From contig NC_043005.1 in NCBI RefSeq assembly GCF_006345805.1, forward strand, positions 97,402,001 to 97,466,000: 64,000 nucleotides of DNA, given 5' to 3'. This DNA comes from Octopus sinensis. Taxonomy: Eukaryota. Shown here one piece after another: positions 1 through 13,079 of this stretch. Made by a program: the position numbers and the translations under genes. Each line of letters starts with the position of its first letter. Positions within the stretch are counted from its first letter, which is position 1. The notes under the pieces were generated by a model. It did no database searches. It saw only the letters and a program-made list of their open reading frames with translations, and was not told where the DNA came from.

Positions 1-329
1 ACTATAAACAACTGTAGGAGAACTTGAATTTTCTTAGTTTTTAAGTAAGGACTTCAGAAAGAACTTGCATAGAATCAGATTTTAAATCTTACGTATTATG
101 TAACTTCCACTTGGAAATAATGTGTAGGCAAGTATTGAATATAATACATAATTGGTTGGCACTTCTTATTCATATTTTATTCCACCAAAATACTTTTACT
201 AAGGGAAGCTTCATGAAGAGAATCCTTCCTTACAGCTAGCAATGGGACAGAAGTTGATCCAAAAATCCAACAGCAATGCAAACTTAATGATAAGTGTATA
301 TAATAGCGTTAATCAGTGTATTATATATA

Positions 330-1042
330 TAGTGATGAAGGTCACAGAGAGGGTTATAGCCCAACTAAGTAGGAAGAGAGTCTGCTTAGATGAGATGCGG
401 TTTAGTTTTGTGCCAAGTAGAAGCACTACATTCCTGGTACGGAAACTACAGGAGAAATACCTAGCCAAAGAGAAACCCCTATTCTTGGCTTTTGCTGACT
501 TGCAGAAAGCCTCTGACAGGGGCCCCCGATCCCTTATCTGATGGACAATGTGGAAACTGATGTGGGGATTGATGAGTGGTTAATAAGAGCTGTACAGGGA
601 TGCTGTTAGTAAGGTAAAGGTCAGCAATGAGTATAGTGAAGAATTCTGGGTAGAAGTAGGAGTTCACCAAGGATCAGCCCTCAGCTCCCTCTTATTCACG
701 ATAGTCCTCCAGGTAATAACAGAGGAATTCAAGATAGGTTGCCTCTGGGAGCTCCTCTATGCTAATGACCTTGCTCTCATAGTGAATCATTACCAGAACT
801 AGAGAAGAAATTTCAGGTGTGGAAGCAAGGTTTAGAATCGAAGGGCCTTAGAGTCAATGTTGCAAAAACCAAAGTCCTAGTAAGTAGAAAGGCTAACACA
901 TCACAAACCCCTTCAGGTAGGTGGCCCTGCTTGATCTATAGAAAATGAGTAGGTAGAAATTCCATAAGATGTACCTAGTGTAAGCTATGGACACATAAGA
1001 GGTACAGCAACATCACAGGAAGGTTAACTGGGTAGATAGGTC
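330..1042 (+). mobile_element. RTE-clade LINE, degenerate RT fragment (5' part of copy 1)
   Basis: Translates across frameshifts and stops to FLVRKLQEKYLAKEKPLFLAFADLQKASD, GVHQGSALSSLLF, ELLYANDLAL and a decayed WPCLIYRK..CKLWTHKR finger. Collinear with the copy at 38663-40143. Confidence 0.9.
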
Positions 1043-1056
1043 ATAAAAAATATATA

Positions 1057-1291
1057 CAATAATCCCTCTACTATCGCAGGTGTTATGTTCCAAAACCTCC
1101 CACAGAAATAATTAAAATCTAAAAAAATATAAATACCTATTGGTCCCAGAAACTCAGATATACTAACAAGTCCGTAATATAAATTTACAAATATTTTCCA
1201 GAAAAATCTGTGATGTAGTGAGTGTGCAATAGGTGAACCGCAATGTGCTGAGTGCATGATAAGTGAACTGTGATATGACATGGGATTATTG
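1057..1291. mobile_element. Tc1/pogo-type MITE
   Basis: TIRs caataatccc / gggattattg flanked by TA on both sides. Confidence 0.65.
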
Positions 1292-1809
1292 TACTGAGTT
1301 TATTAAATAATATTTATCTTTCACCAGATGGAGTATTGATTTTGTTGATCTTACCATCATAGAATACACTATGTATGTATATCAGTGGTTTCTAAAGTGG
1401 GCAATACTGGCCCCTTGGGGGAAGTGGAAAGATCCAGGGAGGCATTGAAGAAAAGTGGGATGATAATGGGGTGGCCAAAATGGGGTGAAAGAGGTAAAAA
1501 AATAATATTAATAGTATTAATAGGCTAATTAGTTTTAAGGTTTATTAGTGAAATACAGTTGTTTTGAATTTTCTGCAGAAAGTGTTCTATATTTGTGGTG
1601 GGAGGGTGAGGGAGCGCTAGGAATGTGGCCTGGGTGCCAAGATGGCAACAGCCTGAAAAAGCTTGGGAAACTACTGATACACACACACGCACACACAGTG
1701 CAATCATTATCTACAAACAACTTATTCCAGTAGCCTATTTATTAACTAAATTGCTTGTTACACGATTAATTGAAATACATATAAATAAGCAATTTCCAAC
1801 TCTCTCTCG

Positions 1810-1850
<41 letters not shown>

Positions 1851-2427
1851 CAGACACACATGCACACACACACGTGTGCATGCATGCATGTTCTGAATAA
1901 CAGTTTATGTCCAAGAGACGGAGACAGAAGGTACAAAATTCAAACAGAAAATGTGAATTAAAGAGACACAGTGAGACTGTGTTGTTGTTGTTGTTGTTGT
2001 GTAGTTCCAAATCAGTATTCCAGCAATGACCATTTCTTTTATTTGACTTTTTATTTTCCATTTAGTCTGGATTGTCATTTGAGGGAGATTTGACATCTAT
2101 TTCTAGTAGATCAAACACCATGAAACACTTAAAAGCTTCTTCGTTATATATATAGATGTAAGAGATGAATAGACAAGAGAAGGATTACATTAATAATGTT
2201 AATCACTCCTCTATGTAGTAAACAGAGATCACATTTAAAGTACAGCTCACCTATAAGGCAACAGAGCATATCACAAACACACAGACATGTATGCATACAC
2301 ACACACAACACACACTGATAAACATAACAACACCTCCACATAAACAGCATGCAAATGCCATCACCACCAACAATTATAGTAACAACAGGATCCACACATC
2401 TATTTCTATTTCTTTACTACCCACAAG

Positions 2428-3320
2428 CCATCACATGCCAGGGGAAGAAACTAGAAATAGTTGATAGCTTCCGCTATCTAGGTGACCAAGTCTGTAGTGG
2501 AGGTGGATGCTCAGAGAGCATTGCCACTAGAATAAGAATAGCCTAGGCAAAGTTCAGAAAGCTCCTACCCCTACTGGTAACAAAGGGCCTCTTGCTCAGA
2601 GTGAAAGGGAGATTGTATGATGCATGTGTGCGAACTGCCATGCTACACAACAGGGAAACATGGGCCATGACTGCTGAAGACATGCGTAGGCTTGAAAGAA
2701 ATGAAGCTAGTATGATCTGTTGGATGTGTAATGTCAGTGCGCACACACTACAGAGTGAAAGCACCCTGAGAGAAACGTTGGACATAAGAAGCATCAAATG
2801 TGGTATGCAAGAGAGACAACTATGCTGGTATGGTCATGTACTGTATATGGATGAGGAGAGCTGTGTGAAGAAGTGTCACTCCCTAACAGTGGAAGGAACC
2901 TATGGTAGAGGGAGACCCAGGAAAACATGAGATGAGGTGGTGAAGCATGGCCTTCGAATGTTGGGCCTCACAGAGGCAATGACGAAAGACTGAGACTTCT
3001 GGAAGTATGCTGTGATTGAGTAGACTCGGCAAGTAAAGTGAGATCGCAGCCGCTGCCTACACCAATACCTTTGAATCATCGGGTGACATTCCGTGCTTGA
3101 GGAGAACTATTGAGTCAAGTAAAATCAAAATCAAATAGAATTGTAGTTGTGCCACCTGACTGGCTCCCTTGCTGGTGGCACCAGTGCTGCCTAACTGGCT
3201 CCCTGTGCCGGTGACACATAAAAAGCACTCACTACACTCTCGCAGTGGTTGGTATTAGGAAGGGCATCCAGCTGTAGAAACACTACCAGATCAGAATGGA
3301 GCCTGATGTGGCCTCCTGGC
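2428..3320 (+). mobile_element. RTE-clade LINE, 3' part of copy 1 plus 3' UTR
   Basis: KLEIVDSFRYLGD, LRVKGRLYDACVRTAMLH..ETW, LCWYGHV and GRGRPRKT, followed by the same 3' UTR module (gtggcac.taaaaagcac; ttaggaagggcatccagctgtagaaac) as copy 2. Confidence 0.9.
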
Positions 3321-3825
3321 CATTAAAAGATCATGAGGAGGTGGCATGATGGGGTTTTTACCCTTGGATGCCCTTCCTTTTTCCAACCAATTTACATCAT
3401 ATACTGGACATCTTTTATCATACCACTGGCAGCAGAAAGGTTGCTTTCTACCTACCCTGTACCAGTTTTTATTTGGAGTTACTGGTTTCCTACACAGATT
3501 ATCTTCCCTGCAGACTGGAGAGTCCATGTTACCGCCTGCAGTCCAAGTGGTAATCAACTACAAACACAAGAGTACAGGGGAAAGGGGATATATAATTTCC
3601 CCTACTCTACTGGTACTTAATTTAACCAACACTGGAAGATGAGAGGCCAAGTCATTCTTAGAAGAATTTAATAATACTGACTTCTAAACTAGAAATAAAG
3701 TCGTAATTTTGAGCAAGAGTGCTGTGTATTACATAGAAGCTTGTACATGACTGGTCCTTATTCTCTTTAATCCCAAGATGGACAGAAAATTAACCATAGA
3801 GGGATTTGAACTCAGAAGTCATATT

Positions 3826-4185
3826 AAACATGGCTGTGTAGTAAGAAGTTTGCTTCCCAACCACATGGTTCCAGGTTCAGTCCCACTGCATAGCATCCTG
3901 GCCAAGTATCTTCTACTATAGCCTTGTGAGTGGATTTGGTAGACAGAAACTGAAAGAAGCCCATTGTATATATATATTTGTGTGTGTGTGTGTCCCTGCC
4001 ATCACTTGACAACCGATGCTGGTGTGTTTATGTGCTTGTAACTTAGCCATTTGGCAAAAGAGACCAATAGAATAAGTACTAGGCTTACAAAGAATAAGTC
4101 CTGGGGTCAATTTGTTTGACTAAAACCCTTAAAGGTGGTGTTCCAGCATGGCCGCAGTCAAATGAATAAAACAAATAAAAGAATA
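3826..4185 (+). mobile_element. tRNA-derived CORE-type SINE (octopus OR2-like)
   Basis: Head tggctgtgtagtaag..ggttcagtcccac, CORE-like segment, internal (TA/TG)n, tail gcatggccgcagtcaaatga..taaaagaat. More than 12 copies in the window. Family name is from recall. Confidence 0.8.
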
Positions 4186-5247
4186 ATTTCTCTAAAACAA
4201 CAAACACAAAACTCAAATATCCAAAGACTAGAATTGAGAACTGAGCATGGATTTCTCATATAACAAGTGAAGATACCACTACACCACAGAAGACAATGGG
4301 TAGTTTGGTGTACTAATTGCGTGACACTCTATTGTATTTGTATTTAAAATGCCAAAAACTCTCCTGAGGAGTTTTCCCCTCAGTCTTATATTATGTAAAT
4401 AATGTGGTTGCTTTGTTTCTACTGAAGATATTTTTGCATCTTATTGCGTCATTCACCTAGGGCTACACAAAAGAAAATCACAATATGGAGTTTCACTAGT
4501 GAATGACATTAGTAAAAAAAAATCTCTGTGATTATAAACAGGGAAACTAGTTGTGGTGTCGATTGCCTTCCTCTTAAGGTCATCGGGAACTTACTGGGTT
4601 GTAGTAATGTAAAAATATTTGGAAGGGTGGGGAGCTTTTAAGAGCTAGAGCTAGAATAGTTTATTCTTTTTGCATCTGCATTAAATCTTTGGGAAAATAC
4701 ATTACAAATCTTTCTATTATAAATGAAATGTATATCTTCATTTGAGGATATTCAGTACAGGTAGTAGCCATTGCATAAGTATCAATGTCTGTATCTACTT
4801 TCATTCATCACAAGATTTCATTTTTCATTTCAATAACTATTATAATAGGAAATAACCCAAAACATTGGCTTTTTCTTTTTCGTTATAATTTTGATTTGTG
4901 TCTTATACCCCATGAAACTGAGATAATAAAGTAACCATGAGGCAGACAATTACAACCACTTCATCATCATTATCATTTAAGATCCATTCTCCATGCTGGC
5001 AAGGGCTGGATAGTTCAATAGGAGCTGGTGATCCAGAGGACAGCACCAAGTTTTACTGTCTGCTTTGGCATGGTTTTGATAGCTGGATGCCCTTCCTAAT
5101 GCCTAACACTATAAAGTGTGCTGGGTGCATTTTATGAGACCAAGTACCTTTATGAGGTAACTAAGTAACGTGAAAGACCCTTCAATTGGGGGAGGGGTGG
5201 TATTGAGAGAGGTGGCCTTGTGCCAGGTGATGGGAGGTTAGGGTATA

Positions 5248-5663
5248 TTTTTCTTTACTGCCCACAAGGGGCTAAACATAGAGGGGACAAACAAAGACAG
5301 ACAAAGGGATAAAGTTGATTACATTGACCCCAGTGCGAAACTGGTACTTAATTTATCGACCCCGAAAGGATGAAAGGCAAAGTCGACCTCAGCGGAATTT
5401 GAACTCAGAATGTAATGACAGACGAAATACCTATTTCTTTACTACCCACAAGGGGCTAAACACAGAGGGGACGAACAAGGACAGACAAACGGATTAAGTC
5501 GATTACATCGACCCCAGTGCGTAACTTGTACTTAATTAATCGACCCCAAAAGGACGAAAGGCAAAGTTGTCATCAGTGGAATTTGAACTCAGAACGTAAC
5601 GGCAGACGAAATACAGCTACGCATTTCGCCCAGCATGCTAACGTTTCTGCCAGCTCGCCGCCT
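5248..5663 (-). mobile_element. Dimer of a tRNA-derived SINE with central gcctttcatcctttcggggtcga box (Meta/MESC-like)
   Basis: One full and one head-truncated copy, flanked together by a 20-bp TSD tgatgggaggttag(g/a)gtata (5228-5247, 5664-5683). Confidence 0.85.
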
Positions 5664-6208
5664 TGATGGGAGGTTAGAGTATAACAGAGGGACAGAGACA
5701 GCTGTCTTGCAATACATACATGGCTACCTCACTTGGAAAAAGGGATGAAGGGGAGAGAAAGAGAGAGGAAGAACTTCCCCCTTTCTATATTTTAATTCTG
5801 CTACCATATTATATAAGGACTGCAGGGCATGACTGTAATTTGTAGAAGTCTGCTTCCCAATCACATGGTTTCCAATTCGGTCCCATTGCATGGCATCTGA
5901 AGCCAAGTTTTGCTTCCTAAAGCCTCGGGCTGGAAACTGAAAAAGAAGCATGTGTGAGGCTGTTTACATTTGTCTAAAGACAACTCAGCAGCCAACATTT
6001 CCAATCAATGACTTGTCTGTTGGTTTTGCACCTTCGTAAATGTGTGGACTAAGATACTCTGTACTCGATAAACAAGGGTTTGTGACATAAAAGGGCATCC
6101 GGTTATAAAACCATTTCAGCATTAAAAAGATTTTATTTATTATTATTATTAGCGATCCTTCAATATTGGTATCCGAAAGAACATACATACACACACACAT
6201 ATACATAC

Positions 6209-6315
6209 AAGTCTTCCTGTCTCCATGCTACCGATGTTGGCCAAGGGCTGATGCAGCTATGTCCCTGTATCGTTACAGGCATTGCCGGCAGAATAAAAAG
6301 ATAGACAAAGCCAAC
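6209..6315 (-). CDS. Candidate internal exon (107 nt) of an unknown minus-strand gene
   Basis: Long pyrimidine tract ..ttgtttttgttctatctctcag| and donor |gtatgt, in non-repetitive GC-richer sequence. One frame is fully open (VGFVYLFILPAMPVTIQGHSCISPWPTSVAWRQED). No homology recognised. Confidence 0.4.
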
Positions 6316-6506
6316 CTGAGAGATAGAACAAAAACAATGAAGAAAAACAAGTTTGAATGTACAAACGAGCGGTGAAAACATGTAGCAGAGTTTTCTTGTT
6401 TTCCTTTTTTTTTTAATCGCGCGATGGAATGGTGCTTCTGTTTCGAATAAAACAATACACCACATATTCACATATATTTAAATGTTCACCACCCTATGTA
6501 TATATA

Positions 6507-6570
<64 letters not shown>

Positions 6571-6572
6571 TA

Positions 6573-6629
<57 letters not shown>

Positions 6630-6807
6630 CTTATTTTGATTATAATCACCCCATTTGATTTATATGGATAATACCATACCAAATTCTGGTGCCTTTAACT
6701 TAAGTACCATATTCATCTGAATCTAAATTTTTATTGAACTTATATATATATAGGGTGGTGAACATTTAAATATACGTGAATGTGTTGTGTATTGTTTTAT
6801 TCGAAAC

Positions 6808-6857
<50 letters not shown>

Positions 6858-8477
6858 TACACACAGCTAGAATACGTGGGGTGCGCGCAGTTAAGGGGGC
6901 GAACGAGGGAGCTCTTATGTAATCACTCGAGCGGCTAGAAATAGCAATGGAATCTCTCTCAAATAACATTCCACAGTCATTAAAAAAAAAACATACATAT
7001 TGTCTAATGTAGTCCAAGAGATGTTTGAAAAAAATGACAAGACGGCCACTGCTGGAACGCCTATGATTACAGCTCTACATGGCCAACAACAAAGGTAAGC
7101 GTAAATATAAACATAATAGAGAAATGTCAAGAAACACAAACACACCGTCGGCTCCACCACCCCTGCACACTGAGAGCAACCTTGCACTCAGCTAGAAGAA
7201 CATCTACATTTTCCCCTTCAAAGAACACTGCAGAGTTAAACAAAGGAAGTGCATATTGGAGATAGTTACAGGTGGAAAGCCTTTGGTCGGGGGCTTACTC
7301 GATCAGTTCGATCTTGGGGTTGAATAGTAATAAATTAGTAAAACAAAGGCAAGTCTGCTGGGGAAACAAATTGTCAAAAATAACATGGAACATATATGAG
7401 TGCGTCCGTGTGTGTAGGGAATATATTATGTCAAGACTGGACGATCGTACTTATGAGATTACAGCATTCCAATCGTGACCATCACGTCTTTTTATTATTT
7501 TTTTGCTTTTGTTTCATTGTTTAATCTTGTATACACGCAAAACCCTCACGACACACATTTTTTGTTTTGTCCTGTACTGTTCGTGTTTTTCTTAATGTAA
7601 ACTATTTGTGGTTAATAAAGAAATCATCATCATCATTATTATTATTCTCAGACAATGTATCTAGAAAGACACTGTCCGCGATGTCTTTAATAACCATGTA
7701 ATTTAAAAACAGATTATACTCAGACACAAATTATCAAGGGCTTCCTAGCAGGTGTTCATTCTCTATGTTATTTTATATATTTAGAACTACAGCATCTAAT
7801 GTATCCCTCTATTTCTCAGACAATAGGATGTGATCTGAGGGGAATTTGACTGTTTTGTCTAGCAGAACGACTGATCAGGCAGAAAACACTCCTCTTTGGT
7901 TCGTGTTATTGATGAGTGTTTGTTGTCTAAGTTTGTTTCTAGTTAGCAAACAGTATTATAAATACGTAAATATGTGTTTAAATGTAGGTGTGACGGATGT
8001 TAAGGGCGAAAGTAAAGAATACATGCACCCGTTGTTTAGGGTTGCGGTTAAGGGTTTAGTGTTTGGGTTTTTGTTACGCCAAAAAACAGGTGGTGTACGT
8101 ATTCTTTACCTCCGCCGGATGGATGTCCATACGTGTGTGTTCAGACGAGGCAATAAAATAAGATGTACTTTATATTACAAAGACTTTAATTGGTAAATTT
8201 TTATTTTTACCCTCGTCACCAAACTCTGAATAACCATTTAGAAGGAAAACAAGAAAGTAGGGAGTTGTTGCCTTTTGTAAAAAAAAAATTTTTTTTAATT
8301 TGTCCCCAAAATTATTCTGGTTAACCATTAATCTTTTGTTTTTTTTGGGGGGGGTAACCCCCCCCCCCGCAATTTCGTGCCTCTTCCATGGATTTTCACT
8401 ATTACACCTATTTCAGTGACAGGTGTAATTGTAAGACAAATACCGTTTAACTATATGCAAGCAGCCACTACAATCTT

Positions 8478-8520
<43 letters not shown>

Positions 8521-8935
8521 GAAGCCAAAAGAAGATGTGTTTCTACACGCACATTGTATAATTATTGTCTTTAGAAGAAAAAAAATTTTAAATCAATTAA
8601 ACATGATTGCGATGGCCAGCATGGCCTTTGTTGGAACAGCCAAAACAAAGTACAGAACATACATTATATATATTTAGCATATGTACACAAATAGGGAAAT
8701 GTATACACAGACGAAGTCGACAAGGCATCACAGAGAGCAGAAATTATAGAGAAGCAACAATTAAGACAACGGAACAGACGACATTTCTCTTAAGATATGT
8801 AACCATGTCATTAGAAAAACTGGAAGCGAATGTTTCCTTCGTTCCCTTTCACATGGCATGGAAAAGAAACGGGGATAGTGTTTAGAGCCGTCCCAAGTTT
8901 CATTTGTATGGTTTTTTATTATATAATCGACTTAC

Positions 8936-8999
8936 CAAATTGTAGTAAAATAGTTGAAATGATCAACAGAGTAAATAACTGCCGACGCGGTGTGGCCAT
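8936..8999 (-). CDS. Candidate first coding exon encoding a signal peptide or signal anchor
   Basis: caagATGG start context; MATPRRQLFTLLIISTILLQF (basic n-region plus hydrophobic stretch); then a perfect phase-1 donor G|gtaagt. The surroundings retain CpG. Confidence 0.5.
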
Positions 9000-9332
9000 C
9001 TTGGATGATTTGTTTTCTTTCAAGAAAAAGAAACAGAGACAGACAGAAAGAGAGAGAGAGAAAGATTGACAATATAAAGTGTGCGGAAGGATATCAAACG
9101 TAGTAAATAAGGCAACCTTATTGCTCCTGCAATGTGCATGCTAAATTAACGCACTATTTGCGAATGTACTTATAGATCCATCAGACATTGATTGTTTATA
9201 TTTTTATATTTTGTCTGCTTATTTGACATTTTTTTATGCTATTCAGTCTCATATTAATTACGAAAAGCAATACCTCTGGCCTATTTTTGTAAATATGTAT
9301 TTATATTAGACATATACATATATATTAACACT

Positions 9333-9373
<41 letters not shown>

Positions 9374-10079
9374 AAATTTAGTAGGGTATCATATAGGTAT
9401 GTACAGAGTTTTCCGAGCATGTGCTGGAGAATATGTGAAGTACAACATTAACTGAGTGAAGTTAGGGCAGTTCTTGCTTCGTTGATGGTTAACAGAAAGG
9501 GAAAACATGAACATAATGATATTTTAATGTAGTGTCATTGTCCTGCTGTTGCTGCAATCGCACTTTTATCAGACCTATAAATAGATTTGGCAGAATCGCA
9601 GAACGTCCGATAAAAATTAATCGCGGTATTTAGTTACAGCAGTTCCTTGTGTTCATCCTTCCGGGACAGATCGATAACGTAAAATCGGATAGTAAAAGAT
9701 GAATTTATAGTCCGCTAAAGGAATGCCTCTTAAAGGGGATAGTATTGCACACTGGGTGGAGGCACTGGAAAATTTTATATGGCCACTGGAGCAAAAAGAA
9801 ACTAAGGGGGCAACAGAAGGACCTGCGCAATTTTTGTTTTTTTGTTTTTTTTGTTTTTGTTTGCCCTTTCAATCATAATCATCCTCATCATCATTTAGCG
9901 TCTGCTTTCCATGTTGGCATGAGTTAGACGGCTTCACTGAAACTCGTAAGCTGGAGAGCTTCACCAAGTTCCAGTCTGATTTGGCATGGTTTCTGTGGCT
10001 GGATGCCTTTCCTAATGCCAATCACTCCAAGCATGTAATGGGTGCTTTTTATGTGGTTTGAACCCACTTTACATCAGTG

Positions 10080-11400
10080 ATCACTGATTCTACCCAGCCA
10101 AGCATGGTGGCCAAATTGCTTCAGATTTTGATGCTGCTAGAATCGCAACATATGGTCCCATTCTCCAATTTGGCCACATACCAGTTCCCTCTTCCTGGGT
10201 CATCTGCTCTAGGATCTCCCACATCATTGCCACCAGCCCCTCTCCCATTTTCTCTTCCCAGTTTTCCCCTTCTGCTCATCTCTTGATGTAGCTGCTGCAT
10301 GCTGTCCACAGCCACCCTGTGATTGGGTAGTGTCCCATGAGACTCCCATACTTGAGAATAGCTCCCTCCCACTGACGCTGGTACCCAGTTCCAGGATCTC
10401 GTTCCCCCTCCGGAACACCAATGAACCTGTTTTGTCTCTTTGAAGCTTGAGTCCCAGTGTGGCTCCTCCAACCATTGGCTCTGGTGACTTCACGATCAGC
10501 CTGAACACCATGAGGTGACTTACAACCGCTGTGGCAGACACTACAGTCTCATCTACCAAGATGTCATCTATATAGGAATTGGTAGCCCTTCTTATCCTGT
10601 CCACCTTTCTCAGGATAGACTTCGGCACTGTTGCCATGATCCTCAGTGCGGAATTTGGCCGGCAACCCAACCTAGTCAAACAGTATGTCTGGCCTTTGTA
10701 TCACACCAGCTGATACTGCCAGTTTCTTGTTCACATGGAGCTGCAAAAATTCCGACTTCAAGTCAACAATCATTGCTGCTCTTGTCATCTGTCTCCACTT
10801 GCTCAGTGTCTCACCACAAACACCAGTCACCTCACCATTTGTGTGGCACAATACATGGCCATTCATCTCCCAAAAGTCCAGTACTGGCCTGACTTTGCCC
10901 TTTGTTGGCTGCACCACTGCCATTAGTGGTAGCACTCCGCTCACCACCTCCTCCTTCCACAGGATAAGGACACCCTCCTTAATCCACCTCTCTACCTCTC
11001 CTTCAAACTCACACCTAGCATGTCCCTTCAAGATATGATGGTAGCAGCTCAGCCTGTTCTTTGGCATCGGGGTCTCCCCTTTCCAACACCATTCTACCAT
11101 CCACCACTGACTGTCGAACACCACCCGAAGATCTTTGTCCTCAACAAAGTAAGCAGTACAGTTCCTCACAGAGCTCTGCTCCCTCTCATGTTGCAGACTC
11201 ATGGTGCATGACACCCTTGCACTACCAAACAAAACCATGTCTCCACCAACACTGATACCTCCAAGGCAGTTGATTGCATATATCCCCATCACCACGTTAA
11301 TTCTATCTACCACATGGTCAATCACAATCGCCTGCAACCTCAGTGTCATGCCTTGCACCACAATCTCCACATCACTGCTACCCTTACAGCCAATCTAGTT
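10080..11400 (-). mobile_element. LTR retrotransposon (Gypsy-like) protease/RT remnant
   Basis: ORFs 10672-11370 and 10224-10679 give VRPVLDF.EMN, IVDLKS..LQLHV, MTRLG...NSA.RIM and the YIDDILV catalytic motif. Frameshifted, with no LTRs seen. Confidence 0.8.
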
Positions 11401-11620
11401 GCCATCAATCACCTGAAAACCACTCATCCATTTCCATTTCCATTTTTTTTATCACCCTAAAGCATGAACATAAGAAGCTTCAAACCAGAACCAAACTATA
11501 TCACCAGTCTATGACTATGTATAAACAGTGAAAAAACTACTTTCTGGTATGCCATGCCACAATGATGCATTCATAAGAATATATTCAATTATGAATTGGA
11601 AGCAGTGCTAGTGTTCTAAA

Positions 11621-11962
11621 CATTATCAAATGCACATACTCAATGCATATGTTTTGCTGGTTTGCTGTGTTTAAGTACCTGGAGGATGACATCATTGCAC
11701 TGGATGTTAAAACACCTAAAAATCACAGACTTTCGTCTCCATTTCAATTCAGGTACATGATATTGATAAGCCACAAAAATGGTGAAATATCAGTATCCAT
11801 CATTCCTGAATGGAGCCTGGGATGAGTTGTCTGTCTTGCCTGTCTTTGAGTTTCAGATGTTTTAACATCCAGTGCAATGAAGGGCTCATTCTTCAGGCAC
11901 TTTACTGCAGTGAGCCATCGAACAAGTAAAACATATACATTGAGTATGTCTGATTGATAATG
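11621..11962. mobile_element. Palindromic MITE
   Basis: Imperfect inverted arms of about 110 bp (e.g. tcattgcactggatgttaaaaca / tgttttaacatccagtgcaatga; catactcaatg / cattgagtatg). Confidence 0.7.
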
Positions 11963-12239
11963 TATACACACACACATACACACACACACGTGCACACACA
12001 AATCCTTCGCTTTATGGAAGTAATGAATCCCTGAAAATCTGACCCTAATTAATCAAGTGAGATTTATCAAGTGAGATTTGCATTCCTACAGATTTATTTG
12101 AAAAAAAAAAAAGGGGGGCACAAGAAAACAAAACAGAACAAGCAACATGATCCCTTTCGTACATGGAAATAACATTTTCTAAACATACACAGTACAAAAC
12201 AAATATAAAAACAAGAAAAACATTTTCAGAGGAATACAT

Positions 12240-13078
12240 TTGAGAATGGATACAAATTGTGGCATAACTACAGATGTATAACCCACTGACTTTGTTGCTT
12301 CATAACTTCCAGAAAAATGGATACTTTTTAACGAAATTTTCAGTAAAAATTCGCTTGGATCCTGTAGATTGAGTGCATGTAAAGATTTGCTGGAAAAATT
12401 TTTTTCTGAGGGGCTGAGAAGAGGGTTTTTGGAAAATCCACATGACCCAACATTTTCTCCCTTATAACTTTCAGGAAAATGGGTATTTTTTAATGAAGTT
12501 TTATACAAATACCTTTCAAATGGTGTAGATCACGATCACAAAGATATTTGTAAGATTGTTTGGAGGGGGCGGGGAGAGGAGTTTCCAGAAAATGGAGTTT
12601 TTTGGATCAGATGGCCCACATAAGTCAGAATTTCTCCATTTTGATAGGGATTTTGGTTAATATTTACTTTAGTACCTGGTCACCAAAAAAAAAACAAAAA
12701 AAAAACTAGTGCAATATCATTAAACGATATCCATTTTCCTCAAATTATGGGGGAAAAAAATTGGACCTTGTGAATTTTCCGAAAGTCCTCTCCCTACACC
12801 CTCAGAAAAGATTTTCCCCGCAAATTTCTTTATAATTGTAATCTATGCCGTTTGAAAAGTATTTATATAAAATTTCATTGAAAAATCCATTTTCCTAAAA
12901 GCTATGAGGGAAAAACTCAGATCTTGTGAATTTTCCGAAAGTCCTTTCCTCCACACACCAGTTGGTTTGCGCACATTTTCGTTTTCATATTCATTTCATA
13001 TGCTGTTTTTACACCTGTTGCACTAGTTTTTTTTTTTCTGTTTCATTTTGGTAACCGGTACTAAAGTAAACATTAACC
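12240..13078. mobile_element. Non-autonomous DNA transposon(s) with internal inverted subrepeats
   Basis: TIR pair ggttaatatttactttagtacc..actagtgcaa (12656-12716) and ttgcactag..ggtactaaagtaaacattaacc (13018-13078). 12440-12550 is also inverted relative to 12760-12950. Confidence 0.6.
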
Positions 13079-13079
13079 A

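Noticed and set aside
6429-7017. ORFs rich in YI/HT/RE/LS repeats (here and throughout)
   Set aside because: These are translations of (TA)n, (CA)n and (GA)n microsatellites.
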